Shown here: positions 28,101-37,012 of the stretch, piece after piece
Layout: the number at the start of each line of letters is the position of its first letter
Position numbering within the stretch: position 1 is the first letter of the stretch
IMG/VR virus record: IMGVR_UViG_3300005613_000124
Coordinates: 1 to 43,877 of that record
DNA length: 43,877 nt
Strand: one strand, 5' to 3'
Source of the DNA: a virus
Taxonomy: Duplodnaviria > Caudoviricetes
Position numbers and translations under genes: made by a program
Notes under the pieces: model-generated
What the model was told of the DNA's origin: nothing
What the model saw: only the letters and a program-made list of their open reading frames with translations
Database searches by the model: none

Positions 28101-28270
28101 GAGTAAGTGAAAGTAATTGAGAGTTGAATTGGACTCGCGGAGGATCTTTTGATTTTATCGAGTAAGAGATCTTTCATCTTGTTTTGATCCACTCCGCCGA
28201 ATTTGCAAGCTTCTATCAGGTTACATCTTCCTCGGTAGAGAGCATCAACAGATTTTTCTAAATCATTCAA
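28097..28270 (-). CDS. Hypothetical protein, 57 aa, possibly HTH-like (below track cutoff)
   Basis: TTG start overlaps the polymerase stop; MNDLEKSVDALYRGRCNLIEACKFGGVDQNKMKDLL... Confidence 0.5.
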   Translation of the reverse strand: MNDLEKSVDALYRGRCNLIEACKFGGVDQNKMKDLLLDKIKRSSASPIQLSITFTYS

Positions 28271-31176
28271 AGCAGCCCCCTCTCAATCATTTCACCTCGG
28301 GTTTTGAGTTTCTTGACCCATCCGTTTTCCGCCATTTGCGCCATCGAGTACTCGGATCCGTCTGGCTCGTCAGCACCATCCTTGTTGGATGGAGTCACCG
28401 TACATTCGTTCGGAGATTTACGAAGACGGTCGTCGATCGCCACCGCCGAGAAGAAAGCACGGCTAAGGGGAACGTCACACATTTTTACGCTCGATTGAAA
28501 ACGTGCCCACGAGTACAAATGTCCCATTTGAAACACCACACAAAAAGTTTCGGCGTATTTCTCAGGAACCATCCACCAGAGTTCGTCATGAATACTCAAA
28601 ATGAATTGTGCCGGAATTTTGAACTTTCGAGCCAACCAGTGCGTCGCGGTGAGAATCACAGCGAGCATCTCAGCTCCCGACGATTGAATCGTCCAATTGA
28701 TTCGACCGGTGTGAAAGTCATTTCCGACCGCGGATGGACGAAGCGCTGTGGAGATTTTCGTTCCAAGACAAGGAAGCGTCGGGACTTTCGTTCGAAGGGC
28801 GACACCTTCCATGTAGTTGTAGCAGCCACTATCACTTCCACCTTCGTAGAAGCCCTCGGGAGTTTTTCGGCCTTTCTTGAAGGCAAGAGCCTGATTTCCG
28901 AACTGCTTGAGCTGAACGGCGCTTCGATCCTTGTAGGTCTTCTTGATCGTATTCGCGATCGTACGAACACCCGCACCGTAAAGCATTGCGAAACCGACCC
29001 CCTTCGCGACATCTCGGCTTGTATTGATCGTCTTGGCGAGTTTCGTATGGGCGTCCGTTCCCTTCTCCTTGGAGCCTGAGAGCACTGTGTGAGCCATCGG
29101 GGAGGCTCCGATGAACCCTCCCTCCCAGGCATCCGCGTAGATACTGGCGATCTGAAGTTCCTGACCGTCGAAGTCAGCTCCGACGATTTTCCAACCCGGT
29201 GGGCACTGAATTCTGGTTTTGAGTTCGGTGCCGATTCGATGACCTTTGGTCGAACACATGGTGACCATGAGAGACTCCACAGTTCGGCGTGTCACCGTCC
29301 CGTGAGCGATGATCTCCGGCATCATCATGTACCAGCTCTCACCGTGCGGATTGTCGACTTCGAGGAAGATGCGGTCGTGAACCCGTTTACGAACGGAAGT
29401 CCAGTATGAGGTGGCGTTCGCGATATCGAGAGCACGTTTCGCCTCGGGAAGATCACTGCCCAGACGACCGTTCTCCATATCGACGAGAAAATCCTTGGAG
29501 AGAAGTACTCCGACGTTCGCGTTAGTGCCTTTCGGGTGCGGAATTCTCTCGAGTTTGTTCTCGTCCGATAGAAAGCACCAGCCTTTGCTTTTCGTGAGAA
29601 TGATGGGAGAATCCTCCCACTTTAGCTTCAGGAGCAGGTGGGAAACGTTCGCCTTGGTCGTGATACGCTCTTTGGAATCTATCAGATACTTACTCGCCCA
29701 TTTCGGCATATACGCGTATTTCCCCACGTAGCCACGGGGAATCCAGTCGAGTTGTCTCATCCACGCGTCTTTCTTTATCCACGCGTCGGCATTGGTTCTC
29801 CAATCGTAGCCCTGTTTATCAAAGCCTCGAAGAAGATCGACAAATTTGACCGTCTTTTTGTTTTCCAAGCCGGCGATTTTTATTAGCTCGTCCGGATCAT
29901 TCTTAAACGATTCTTGAACCGAAAGAATGTCTTTATCGAGCTCCTTTCTCCACATATCAACATTCTTTTCAATCAGTGAATGGCAGAGTTCTGACATCTC
30001 CCGATTGTATTTGACGAAGACCTTTTCTACATTCTCGATCCACTTTGGCCAATTCTTTGGTGTGGGAATGCGGGAACCATTGAGAAACATGTGTCCGGCG
30101 AGAGCCACCTTCGAAGGTGTCGAAGCGAGATACTTGCTCCAGAGAGCCTGAAAAAGTTCCGAGGTATAGAAGGCGTCAAGCATCGCGTATTCGAGAAGAT
30201 CACGTCGATTCGCGAGTTGATCCATCTCCGTGGCTTTCACGAAGACATCTCGAATGTCCTTATCGGCATCTTCCATACGATGGACTTCCTCGCCGAAATA
30301 CTCTCTCACGGCGGCAACGTGGAAGTTGTAAACGTTCACCAGGGCATTCGTGGAACCTTCATTAGCCCATCGAGGACGGAACTGAAGCTTTCTTTTCTCC
30401 TCTTCCGTGAGGTCTTCCGGGTCTTTTCCGGCGAGAACGTAGAGCCAACGTTGTCCCGACGCGAGACCCGAGACCGCGATATGCGCCGATAGCGTGTCGA
30501 AATAAAAGTTTTCCGGTTCCGTTCTCGTAAGAGAATAACCGTCACGAGCGCGGACGCGATCGTAAGAAATGTTATGTCCAACAACGAATTTTCCATCACC
30601 GAGCGGAATAAGATCATGTTGAGTCCATTCTTCCACCGGAATGGTCGGGTCGCACATCTCGGCGGCGAGCCAAATGTACGAAGCTTTCTCCGATAGAGCG
30701 GTACCGATCACGGGAAAGGCACCGCCAGTAACGAAGGTTTCGGTATCGAAGGTGAAAGCCTGTTCGAGAGGATGAGGTACTTGAGTAATACTCCATTCAT
30801 CCCGGTCTGTCACCCACTCATAGCGAGTCCAACCAGGCTGAAATACGAAATCATCGTATCCCGGAACTTTCGGAAGTTTCGCTGTGGAAAACTCGTCGGC
30901 GAATTTCTTATAGTCATCGACAAACTCTCCCGCCATTCTCTCGAAGTGTTCTTCGATCGTGCCGCCCATGAGGTCCGGAAAGGGAAGATCGCCATCGTAC
31001 AATCCTTCGGGATAGTCGACGGGAACCGGAATGTCAAACCTACTTAAAAGCCGCCTTGACCTTTCGAGCATCATGCTCTTAGGCGCAGGGCGGCTGGCGG
31101 AACCAAAGAGCTTTCGATGAAGACTGTCGTTGAGAACGGGATAGCCTTGCTCGTTTAGTTTCATAGATGGGATCAT
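28267..31176 (-). CDS. Family A DNA polymerase, mitochondrial Pol-gamma-like
   Basis: Exo FDTET, VGHNISYDR, DTLSAHIAVSG; IPHPKG..NVG...SKDF; GTVTRR; GADFDGQE; RINWTIQSS; SIHDE; AFFSAV-ID...TPSN. Confidence 0.93.
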   Translation of the reverse strand: MIPSMKLNEQGYPVLNDSLHRKLFGSASRPAPKSMMLERSRRLLSRFDIPVPVDYPEGLYDGDLPFPDLMGGTIEEHFERMAGEFVDDYKKFADEFSTAKLPKVPGYDDFVFQPGWTRYEWVTDRDEWSITQVPHPLEQAFTFDTETFVTGGAFPVIGTALSEKASYIWLAAEMCDPTIPVEEWTQHDLIPLGDGKFVVGHNISYDRVRARDGYSLTRTEPENFYFDTLSAHIAVSGLASGQRWLYVLAGKDPEDLTEEEKRKLQFRPRWANEGSTNALVNVYNFHVAAVREYFGEEVHRMEDADKDIRDVFVKATEMDQLANRRDLLEYAMLDAFYTSELFQALWSKYLASTPSKVALAGHMFLNGSRIPTPKNWPKWIENVEKVFVKYNREMSELCHSLIEKNVDMWRKELDKDILSVQESFKNDPDELIKIAGLENKKTVKFVDLLRGFDKQGYDWRTNADAWIKKDAWMRQLDWIPRGYVGKYAYMPKWASKYLIDSKERITTKANVSHLLLKLKWEDSPIILTKSKGWCFLSDENKLERIPHPKGTNANVGVLLSKDFLVDMENGRLGSDLPEAKRALDIANATSYWTSVRKRVHDRIFLEVDNPHGESWYMMMPEIIAHGTVTRRTVESLMVTMCSTKGHRIGTELKTRIQCPPGWKIVGADFDGQELQIASIYADAWEGGFIGASPMAHTVLSGSKEKGTDAHTKLAKTINTSRDVAKGVGFAMLYGAGVRTIANTIKKTYKDRSAVQLKQFGNQALAFKKGRKTPEGFYEGGSDSGCYNYMEGVALRTKVPTLPCLGTKISTALRPSAVGNDFHTGRINWTIQSSGAEMLAVILTATHWLARKFKIPAQFILSIHDELWWMVPEKYAETFCVVFQMGHLYSWARFQSSVKMCDVPLSRAFFSAVAIDDRLRKSPNECTVTPSNKDGADEPDGSEYSMAQMAENGWVKKLKTRGEMIERGLL

Positions 31177-31202
31177 CTGATAGATTGTTTGTTGATATTA
31201 TG

Positions 31203-31364
31203 TCAGGCGGCGACGGGTTGTGAAATTTCACGGAGATCCTCCGCGATCTCAGCCGCCTGTTGCATCATCAACTCGGCTTCGTATTCCATACCAATGCGGT
31301 CAAGCTCATTCGCCCTATCGGCGAGAAAGTGAATGCGGTCGATTGCGAGATCACAGAAGTCCAT
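31203..31364 (-). CDS. Hypothetical protein, 53 aa, ending QPVAA (below track cutoff)
   Basis: MDFCDLAIDRIHFLADRANELDRIGMEYEAELMMQQAAEIAEDLREISQPVAA; follows a palindrome promoter. Confidence 0.6.
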   Translation of the reverse strand: MDFCDLAIDRIHFLADRANELDRIGMEYEAELMMQQAAEIAEDLREISQPVAA

Positions 31365-31387
31365 TTCTTTCGGCGTTGTACTTGATT

Positions 31388-31443
31388 ATTATACACCATC
31401 CGGAGCTCAATGGGAGCTCGAGTGAACAGTTCTTAAACTGTCC
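31388..31443 (-). promoter_or_regulatory. Palindrome-type promoter, copy 1
   Basis: GGACAGTT-TAAG-AACTGTTC, 30 nt, TATAAT. Confidence 0.75.
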
Positions 31444-31657
31444 TTGAGACGTGAAGTTTTTGACAGATTTCGATATCCTTCAAAGCTTGCTCAAAGGACT
31501 TCGCATTGCCATTGTAGACTTCGGAGTCTTTATATCCAAATGTGAGAACCCATCGATATTGATCGACGTGCTCACTCTTCCAAATCTGAAGAACCGGTTT
31601 TGTTTCGAGATCCGCCGCGAAGGGCGTAGCCCGAGTCTCTTCTCCAGTTATATCCAT
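31433..31657 (-). CDS. Hypothetical protein, about 74 aa
   Basis: Start uncertain; placed at MDITGEE to reduce overlap with the upstream ORF. Confidence 0.45.
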   Translation of the reverse strand: MDITGEETRATPFAADLETKPVLQIWKSEHVDQYRWVLTFGYKDSEVYNGNAKSFEQALKDIEICQKLHVSRTV

Positions 31658-31973
31658 TTGAGAGAATAACGGCATCCTCAGCTGGAATGTGCCATAAGGT
31701 CTTACCAATAGTTTCATCAAGCAGACCGATGTCGAAGTTTTCCTCAAGCTCGATTAGAAAGTCCCGATCGTCATTCCACTTTCGGTGAAGACGTACGCGC
31801 CATTTCATGTACTCGGTTTGAACCTTTTTCGTTCTCTTTGTCTGCCATTGCGCGTACAAATTTTCGAGAGCATCGACCAGGCCCGCGCCCGCTCTCATCT
31901 TGAGCGCGCCGAGCTTACGATTCTCGGCGACCGTGTCCTCCTTCCAATTTTCGAGATTTCGAATGTCACTCAT
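31572..31973 (-). CDS. Hypothetical protein, 133 aa
   Basis: Start overlaps the stop of the upstream ORF. Confidence 0.55.
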   Translation of the reverse strand: MSDIRNLENWKEDTVAENRKLGALKMRAGAGLVDALENLYAQWQTKRTKKVQTEYMKWRVRLHRKWNDDRDFLIELEENFDIGLLDETIGKTLWHIPAEDAVILSNGYNWRRDSGYALRGGSRNKTGSSDLEE

Positions 31974-32805
31974 TCGGTTCGAGCCTCGTCTTCAAAGCCT
32001 GTTTATCTAATTCTGGAATTTTTGAAGTTTCGCGAATCTCATCTTGATATCGACGCACGGATTCCATACCGTCGAAGATTCGTGGAAATGAGAGCGCTCG
32101 ATTGGCCGGAAAGTCCCTCCAGGCGATCATCTCCTGTTGAGCGAAAGGTTCGATGTCATCCCACTCCTCGTTTCTCTCTCCGTAAATCATGGGAAGAGCA
32201 TCGTTCAACCACCATTCGGCGACGGTCGGTTGTTTGATACGCCACATCTCGGAATCTATCAGAGATTTTTCGCATGTGGCACGTAAATGCTTGACCCACT
32301 GTCGACCGCGGTAGATCACATCCAAAGCGCCGATGGGCACCTCGTCGAGAAGATATTCCTCGTCGCCTTCCATGATTTTTTCGTATACGACCGGAAAGAG
32401 AATCGATTGTGATACGAGTTCAAAATCCGGAGCGGTATCTCCCGCGTTCGACCAGTTCGAGATATTGAAGAGTATGGCGTCGAAAATCGCGAGTGTTTTC
32501 GCTCGAGAGACCGCGAGAATGTCGATATCATCCCCTGATAAGTTTCCTCCTCCCTTTTCGAGTTTCTTCTCGAGTTCTTTGATCTTTCGCTCCGCACGAC
32601 GCAATTCTCCCCGTGCCGATCGTTCCACGCTTTTCTTATACGCCTCAACCGCGAGAAGAATACGATTCTCACTCTCATCGAGTTTCGCCACCACATCCTC
32701 GAGTTTGGCGAATTTGGTTTGAAGCTCGTTTTTGAAAGAATTGAGTTGGCTTTCGACCGCCGATTTCTTTGAGAGAAATCTCCTCAATTCATACTCAATT
32801 GCCAT
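31966..32805 (-). CDS. Hypothetical protein with N-terminal coiled coil, 279 aa
   Basis: Heptad-rich first ~85 aa. Confidence 0.65.
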   Translation of the reverse strand: MAIEYELRRFLSKKSAVESQLNSFKNELQTKFAKLEDVVAKLDESENRILLAVEAYKKSVERSARGELRRAERKIKELEKKLEKGGGNLSGDDIDILAVSRAKTLAIFDAILFNISNWSNAGDTAPDFELVSQSILFPVVYEKIMEGDEEYLLDEVPIGALDVIYRGRQWVKHLRATCEKSLIDSEMWRIKQPTVAEWWLNDALPMIYGERNEEWDDIEPFAQQEMIAWRDFPANRALSFPRIFDGMESVRRYQDEIRETSKIPELDKQALKTRLEPNE

Positions 32806-32863
32806 AGTCGTTTAGTGATTTCCAGGTAAATTAAGGTCAGCGGCGGCGATTAGTATACATTCC

Positions 32864-33400
32864 CTACGAGACCAACATCTCTGCCGATACTTGAGATAGA
32901 GAGTTTCGAATTTTGTTTCGAGATTTTTCCTTCGGGCCGATTCTAAAAACTGAAGGTAGAGGTTGTCCAATTCGCCATCCCGCATGATACCTTTCGAGAA
33001 ACTTTACAAGAGCTTTGTCGTTGATTTCGTGAGGTTTCGGGCGATCTCCTTTGACGAAAACTCGCCACGAATCGTGCGCGTACTGACCGCAACCGTAGAG
33101 GTCGCGAGCATCCTTTCGGTCCCAAACCAAGTACTGTTCCGACATCTTTCGAAGTCGCTTCGCTTTAGTTCGAGAGAGACCGTGGGGCGCGAGCAACTCT
33201 TCCAACGAAGAATCGGACGTCGATAGACTTTCGGCGTCGGGCCAACTATCAAAAAGCGCCCAGAGCGTGTCGTCCCAATCATCCGTGCGTTTGCTTTGAT
33301 TGAGAAGAATCGCCGCGACAAGTATGTGCCACTCGGTCGGAAGTTGTTCCTGAATGAGCCAGCCGTCCCGTGTGTAAGGTGATCGTGGTTTCGAAATCAT
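32864..33400 (-). CDS. MBD4-like HhH DNA glycosylase
   Basis: PRSP..LIQE..W-ILVA-ILLN, WP-AE, LLAP-GL, L-G-GQYAHDSWRVF, D-AL-K follow the human MBD4 catalytic domain motif by motif. Confidence 0.85.
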   Translation of the reverse strand: MISKPRSPYTRDGWLIQEQLPTEWHILVAAILLNQSKRTDDWDDTLWALFDSWPDAESLSTSDSSLEELLAPHGLSRTKAKRLRKMSEQYLVWDRKDARDLYGCGQYAHDSWRVFVKGDRPKPHEINDKALVKFLERYHAGWRIGQPLPSVFRIGPKEKSRNKIRNSLSQVSAEMLVS

Positions 33401-33422
33401 TTGGGTGCGGGACCTTCTTCTC

Positions 33423-34001
33423 CTATTGTATCGGCTTGATCGAGGCTTTCAACTGGTCGGTGGACAGATCGAGAATCTCCACATGGAAGTCAAACATCTT
33501 TTCCGGATCCGACATTAGGTGAAATTTTCCACGGAAACAATCGTTCGTGGAATCACGAAGAAATTCATTCGCCGGAGTAGGAGGTTCGCAGAGAGCCACA
33601 TCGCCCGCGATTTCGGGAGCGGCTTCCTCGATCGCTCGGATCAGTCTGGCGTTGATAGTTGACGTGATCACAAACTCTTCCTCAGTACGAATCGCGGAGT
33701 AATACTCCTCTCCGTCGTCCGATGAGCTGGCTGTGGGATGAAGTTCGATAGCGTTACCGTTCGGAAGAACAATTTGTAACACTTGGGTGTTTTCCGGTTT
33801 CTCACGAAAGCAAACTTCCGGAGACTCGAAAGCGACCTCCTCAGGATCCTCGATCTCAAGAATATCGTGTTCGAGAAGATCGTAAAATGCCGAGGCGATC
33901 AACTCCCAATCCGGACCGTCAAACTCATTGGCGATCGCCATGAATACACGTGGATTCGCAAGAAGTCTTGAAACCGGATAAATAATCTGTTTAGTCTCCA
34001 T
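33423..34001 (-). CDS. Hypothetical protein, 192 aa, acidic
   Basis: Full-length ORF in operon orientation. Confidence 0.6.
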   Translation of the reverse strand: METKQIIYPVSRLLANPRVFMAIANEFDGPDWELIASAFYDLLEHDILEIEDPEEVAFESPEVCFREKPENTQVLQIVLPNGNAIELHPTASSSDDGEEYYSAIRTEEEFVITSTINARLIRAIEEAAPEIAGDVALCEPPTPANEFLRDSTNDCFRGKFHLMSDPEKMFDFHVEILDLSTDQLKASIKPIQ

Positions 34002-34043
34002 GAGCTTATTCCACTGTTGCTATTTCTATTTTACTCTCTTTGC

Positions 34044-34748
34044 TCAAAAGTAAGAGATGTGACCGGATTCGATTTCGTAAACCGGGAGCTTTCCGTCCTT
34101 ATTACCGCAGCAACCGTCAAGCACGATGGACGACTCGGAGAAGTGAACGACGTGATAATGTCCGGCGACTCGAACCCACTGTCGCTCGCTCTCGGATTCC
34201 CACCATTTAACGCGCTCTCGAGTCTCGTAATTGACTTTTCCGTAGAGCATCAGATCCTTAGCTTTGCGAGGAATATCGTCTCCAAGAATCTCCCGTCCGT
34301 GCCTCTCATCAACGGCACCTCCGACCCAAGTCGGAAAGTACGCGTGGGCGCAACGATACTCGCGCATCTCACTGTCCTTAAAGATGTATCCGTACGGACA
34401 GGATTCCAACCAACGTAAGAGATTCTCGCGGTCGACATCCGATTCCTCGAACTCCTTGATCGTCCGACCGAGTTCCGGAACTAAGTCGACGCGAACGCGA
34501 TTTCCTCGAAGATAGCGACGCAACTTATCCTGGTGATTCGAATTAAGAACCACCGCTCCAAATTCGAATTGGAATTGACGCACGAGATTGTACACCTCGA
34601 CACTATCCGATAGCTCGGAACGGGAATCGAAAAGATCTCCGAGAAAGATGACGAGAGTGTTGTCATCCGAGTATTTTACAATAGTGGACAGAGCTTCGTC
34701 CAATTTCGCGGACTGCGAGTGAACGTCACCGATAAGATAAGTTTTCAT
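34044..34748 (-). CDS. Calcineurin-like metallophosphoesterase
   Basis: GDVH, GDLFD, SNH, HA, GHYH; start at the ATGA overlap with the kinase stop. Confidence 0.85.
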   Translation of the reverse strand: MKTYLIGDVHSQSAKLDEALSTIVKYSDDNTLVIFLGDLFDSRSELSDSVEVYNLVRQFQFEFGAVVLNSNHQDKLRRYLRGNRVRVDLVPELGRTIKEFEESDVDRENLLRWLESCPYGYIFKDSEMREYRCAHAYFPTWVGGAVDERHGREILGDDIPRKAKDLMLYGKVNYETRERVKWWESESERQWVRVAGHYHVVHFSESSIVLDGCCGNKDGKLPVYEIESGHISYF

Positions 34749-35185
34749 GGAGTGTCGAATTCCGATAGAATTGAGATAAAGTTTTGATCGATGGAGTTCC
34801 ACATGCGGCGAATTACATCCTCGGGAACCTGACGGTCACGAGCCGCGTTTCGCTTCAGACAACAGTCGAGGGACGGATGAACGATCACCGGTTGAATCTC
34901 GTCGTAACCATTGATGCGTAATACGCTTAGCGTATACTTACGACTTTTGGCTCTCGCATGAGTCGCATCGACGATTATGGTACGACCGGACTCGGCGATC
35001 TCACTCACTCTAGCGACAAATCGCTGACGAAGTTCCTCCCAAGGTCCCTGCACGCTCTCGTCACCCCAAAGCTCCTTACGAAGAGTGTCAAGACAGACGA
35101 CTTCCGCATCTTCGATCCGGGAGATCTGATTGGCTTTGGTTGACTTCCCGGAGCCCGGAGCTCCGATCATGATATATGCTAACAT
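34745..35185 (-). CDS. Polynucleotide kinase-like P-loop protein
   Basis: GAPGSGKST, D-LR, DATH, R---R-R-VP lid. Confidence 0.8.
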   Translation of the reverse strand: MLAYIMIGAPGSGKSTKANQISRIEDAEVVCLDTLRKELWGDESVQGPWEELRQRFVARVSEIAESGRTIIVDATHARAKSRKYTLSVLRINGYDEIQPVIVHPSLDCCLKRNAARDRQVPEDVIRRMWNSIDQNFISILSEFDTP

Positions 35186-35376
35186 CAGACGCAGTGGAGA
35201 TTGAATTTACGAACGGCTTCGACGCGACGGTCACGGGCGAAGATCCAACGACGACGAAGAGTTTTATACTTGACGTCAGCGACGTTCGGTCGATAAGCTC
35301 GAAACTCATCGAACGCGATTCTCTCCGCGCGAACGTAATTGCGGATCTCGACTGGGAACTTGTTGATTTGTGTCAT
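35185..35376 (-). CDS. Hypothetical basic protein, 63 aa
   Basis: Start MTQINK 6 nt after a -10 box; TGATG coupling to the kinase. Confidence 0.55.
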   Translation of the reverse strand: MTQINKFPVEIRNYVRAERIAFDEFRAYRPNVADVKYKTLRRRWIFARDRRVEAVRKFNLHCV

Positions 35377-35382
35377 ATAGAC

Positions 35383-35439
35383 ACTATACAGGATGAGAGG
35401 AGGCTTTGGGGGATTTAGTGGACACTTTTCCAAGTGTCA
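35383..35439 (-). promoter_or_regulatory. Palindrome-type promoter, copy 2 (leaderless)
   Basis: TGACACTT-GGAA-AAGTGTCC, 31 nt, TATAGT, 6 nt, ATG. Confidence 0.75.
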
Positions 35440-36150
35440 CAATGCCTCCCGAAGGGCCAAGCCGGTCACGACTCCCGTGAAATAGGATCCGGTATCGATT
35501 CGAAGCACGGTGCCGGTCGGGGTTTCGAACTCGAGGGGCTCCCCACCTCGGCACACCGTGTGGCCGTTGACCGTGAGGTGCTCAGGGGAGTACCCCACCA
35601 CGTCCCTGTCCCAATACAAGGTCATAGGGTCCTGCTCCCTCAGGGGCGTCTGAGGAGCCACAGAGCCGTGGGTCACGAGGAGCTTAAGTTCCCGATCGTT
35701 CCATCTCACCGGATTCGGATGTTCGTACCAAAGTGGTAAACCGTACAGCCAAGCCCACAGTTTCTCGTCAGTGATAAACTGAAAGTCGTCGTACATTCCT
35801 CCGTTTTGGAGCCACAGAGAGATCAGACGGTGATCCGTGTCTCCGACCACTGTGCTGTGAGCGTCGAGGATCATTCGCTCGTGATTTCCCATCAGGCACA
35901 TCGCGGAAGACAACCCGAATTTCTCCGGGTTCGTACACATCGTGTGAACGGTCGAAATCACTTCGGCTCCTTCACTTCCTCGATCAAGAAGGTCACCCAC
36001 GAATACGACTTGGCAATTCGTGTCGGAAATATGCTCGATCAACTCTTTAAGAGCGGTGGCGCAACCGTGAATGTCCCCGACGACAACCACGGATTTTTCG
36101 TCGAGATCGTGATCGGTTAAGAGTACACCTTTTTGCTTTAGTTCTTTCAT
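35437..36150 (-). CDS. Ser/Thr protein phosphatase-like metallophosphoesterase
   Basis: GDIHG, GDLLDRG, GNHE, W--NGG, HG, GHT, IDTG; start moved to MKELKQ. Confidence 0.85.
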   Translation of the reverse strand: MKELKQKGVLLTDHDLDEKSVVVVGDIHGCATALKELIEHISDTNCQVVFVGDLLDRGSEGAEVISTVHTMCTNPEKFGLSSAMCLMGNHERMILDAHSTVVGDTDHRLISLWLQNGGMYDDFQFITDEKLWAWLYGLPLWYEHPNPVRWNDRELKLLVTHGSVAPQTPLREQDPMTLYWDRDVVGYSPEHLTVNGHTVCRGGEPLEFETPTGTVLRIDTGSYFTGVVTGLALREAL

Positions 36151-36156
36151 ACTATC

Positions 36157-36212
36157 ATTATACAGCATCTGGTGGCTTGTGCCAAAGAAAAAGGACACTT
36201 TTTCAAGTGTCC
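36157..36212 (-). promoter_or_regulatory. Palindrome-type promoter, copy 3 (leaderless)
   Basis: Perfect GGACACTT-GAAA-AAGTGTCC, 30 nt, TATAAT, 6 nt, ATG. Confidence 0.8.
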
Positions 36213-36403
36213 ATACCCGTGGAGAGTCTCCACCTCCAATTGTCCTTTCGTCTAAGCACACTCGCCGCGCGAAGGGTGGATTCCTCGGACGTACTTTTGA
36301 CCTCTCCGATCAACGCTCCGTAGGGATCGATAACCTTCGCGTGATACATCACCTTATGCGGGGATGTGTGATCCTCCCAGACCTCATACTTGTATCCGGT
36401 CAT
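36203..36403 (-). CDS. Hypothetical protein, 66 aa
   Basis: ATGA overlap with the upstream gene. Confidence 0.55.
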   Translation of the reverse strand: MTGYKYEVWEDHTSPHKVMYHAKVIDPYGALIGEVKSTSEESTLRAASVLRRKDNWRWRLSTGMDT

Positions 36404-36801
36404 TTGTCCACGTTGAAGACGGGAGCGGGGATGTTGCCCTGAGAAGGAATCATATAGACCGTCTTATTACCATTTTTGTTCCCCTCTTCCAGTCCGGTGA
36501 TCCAGAGATAAGACAGGTAGTCGTTGTTGCCTTTGAGACTATCTCCGATGATCTGGTTAGCTTGAGCGACACCTTTCGCGCGTTCGATCTCGGCGAGCGC
36601 GAGTTCCTTCGCCGAATCAAGCTTCGCCTTCGCCTCGAGAACCGCGACCTGACGAGTGAACTCAGCCTCCTGCAATTGCGCTTTACCATTGAGAGTTTTT
36701 GTGTAAACGCCGTACTGTGGCAAACCGAACGCCAATCCGCCTACGACAATCGCGCCAAGAAGGCCGACGATGATAAAGTTTTGAGTAGTGTTGTTTCGCA
36801 T
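36400..36801 (-). CDS. Membrane-anchored coiled-coil protein (SPFH/band-7-like fragment)
   Basis: N-terminal TM helix; AE-ERAKG-A-AN-II--SL...YL-YLWI pattern. Confidence 0.65.
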   Translation of the reverse strand: MRNNTTQNFIIVGLLGAIVVGGLAFGLPQYGVYTKTLNGKAQLQEAEFTRQVAVLEAKAKLDSAKELALAEIERAKGVAQANQIIGDSLKGNNDYLSYLWITGLEEGNKNGNKTVYMIPSQGNIPAPVFNVDK

Positions 36802-36806
36802 GTGGG

Positions 36807-37010
36807 TTAAAGAAAAAGATCCCAGAATTGGTCGCCGAGAGCGAGAGATGTCTGTATTGTAGCGAATTCACCGGTGGATGTGAAACCGGACTCCTTCCAC
36901 CGAAGATAGGCGCATCGAAAGACTCCCGCCCAGATTCTCTGTTTAGAAGAGTCGAAAAATGATCTCCGGGTCGCCGCGAATTGTGCTCTTTCGAGATCGT
37001 TTGAAAACAT
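36807..37010 (-). CDS. Hypothetical protein, 67 aa
   Basis: Fills the gap exactly between neighbours. Confidence 0.5.
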   Translation of the reverse strand: MFSNDLERAQFAATRRSFFDSSKQRIWAGVFRCAYLRWKESGFTSTGEFATIQTSLALGDQFWDLFL

Positions 37011-37012
37011 GG

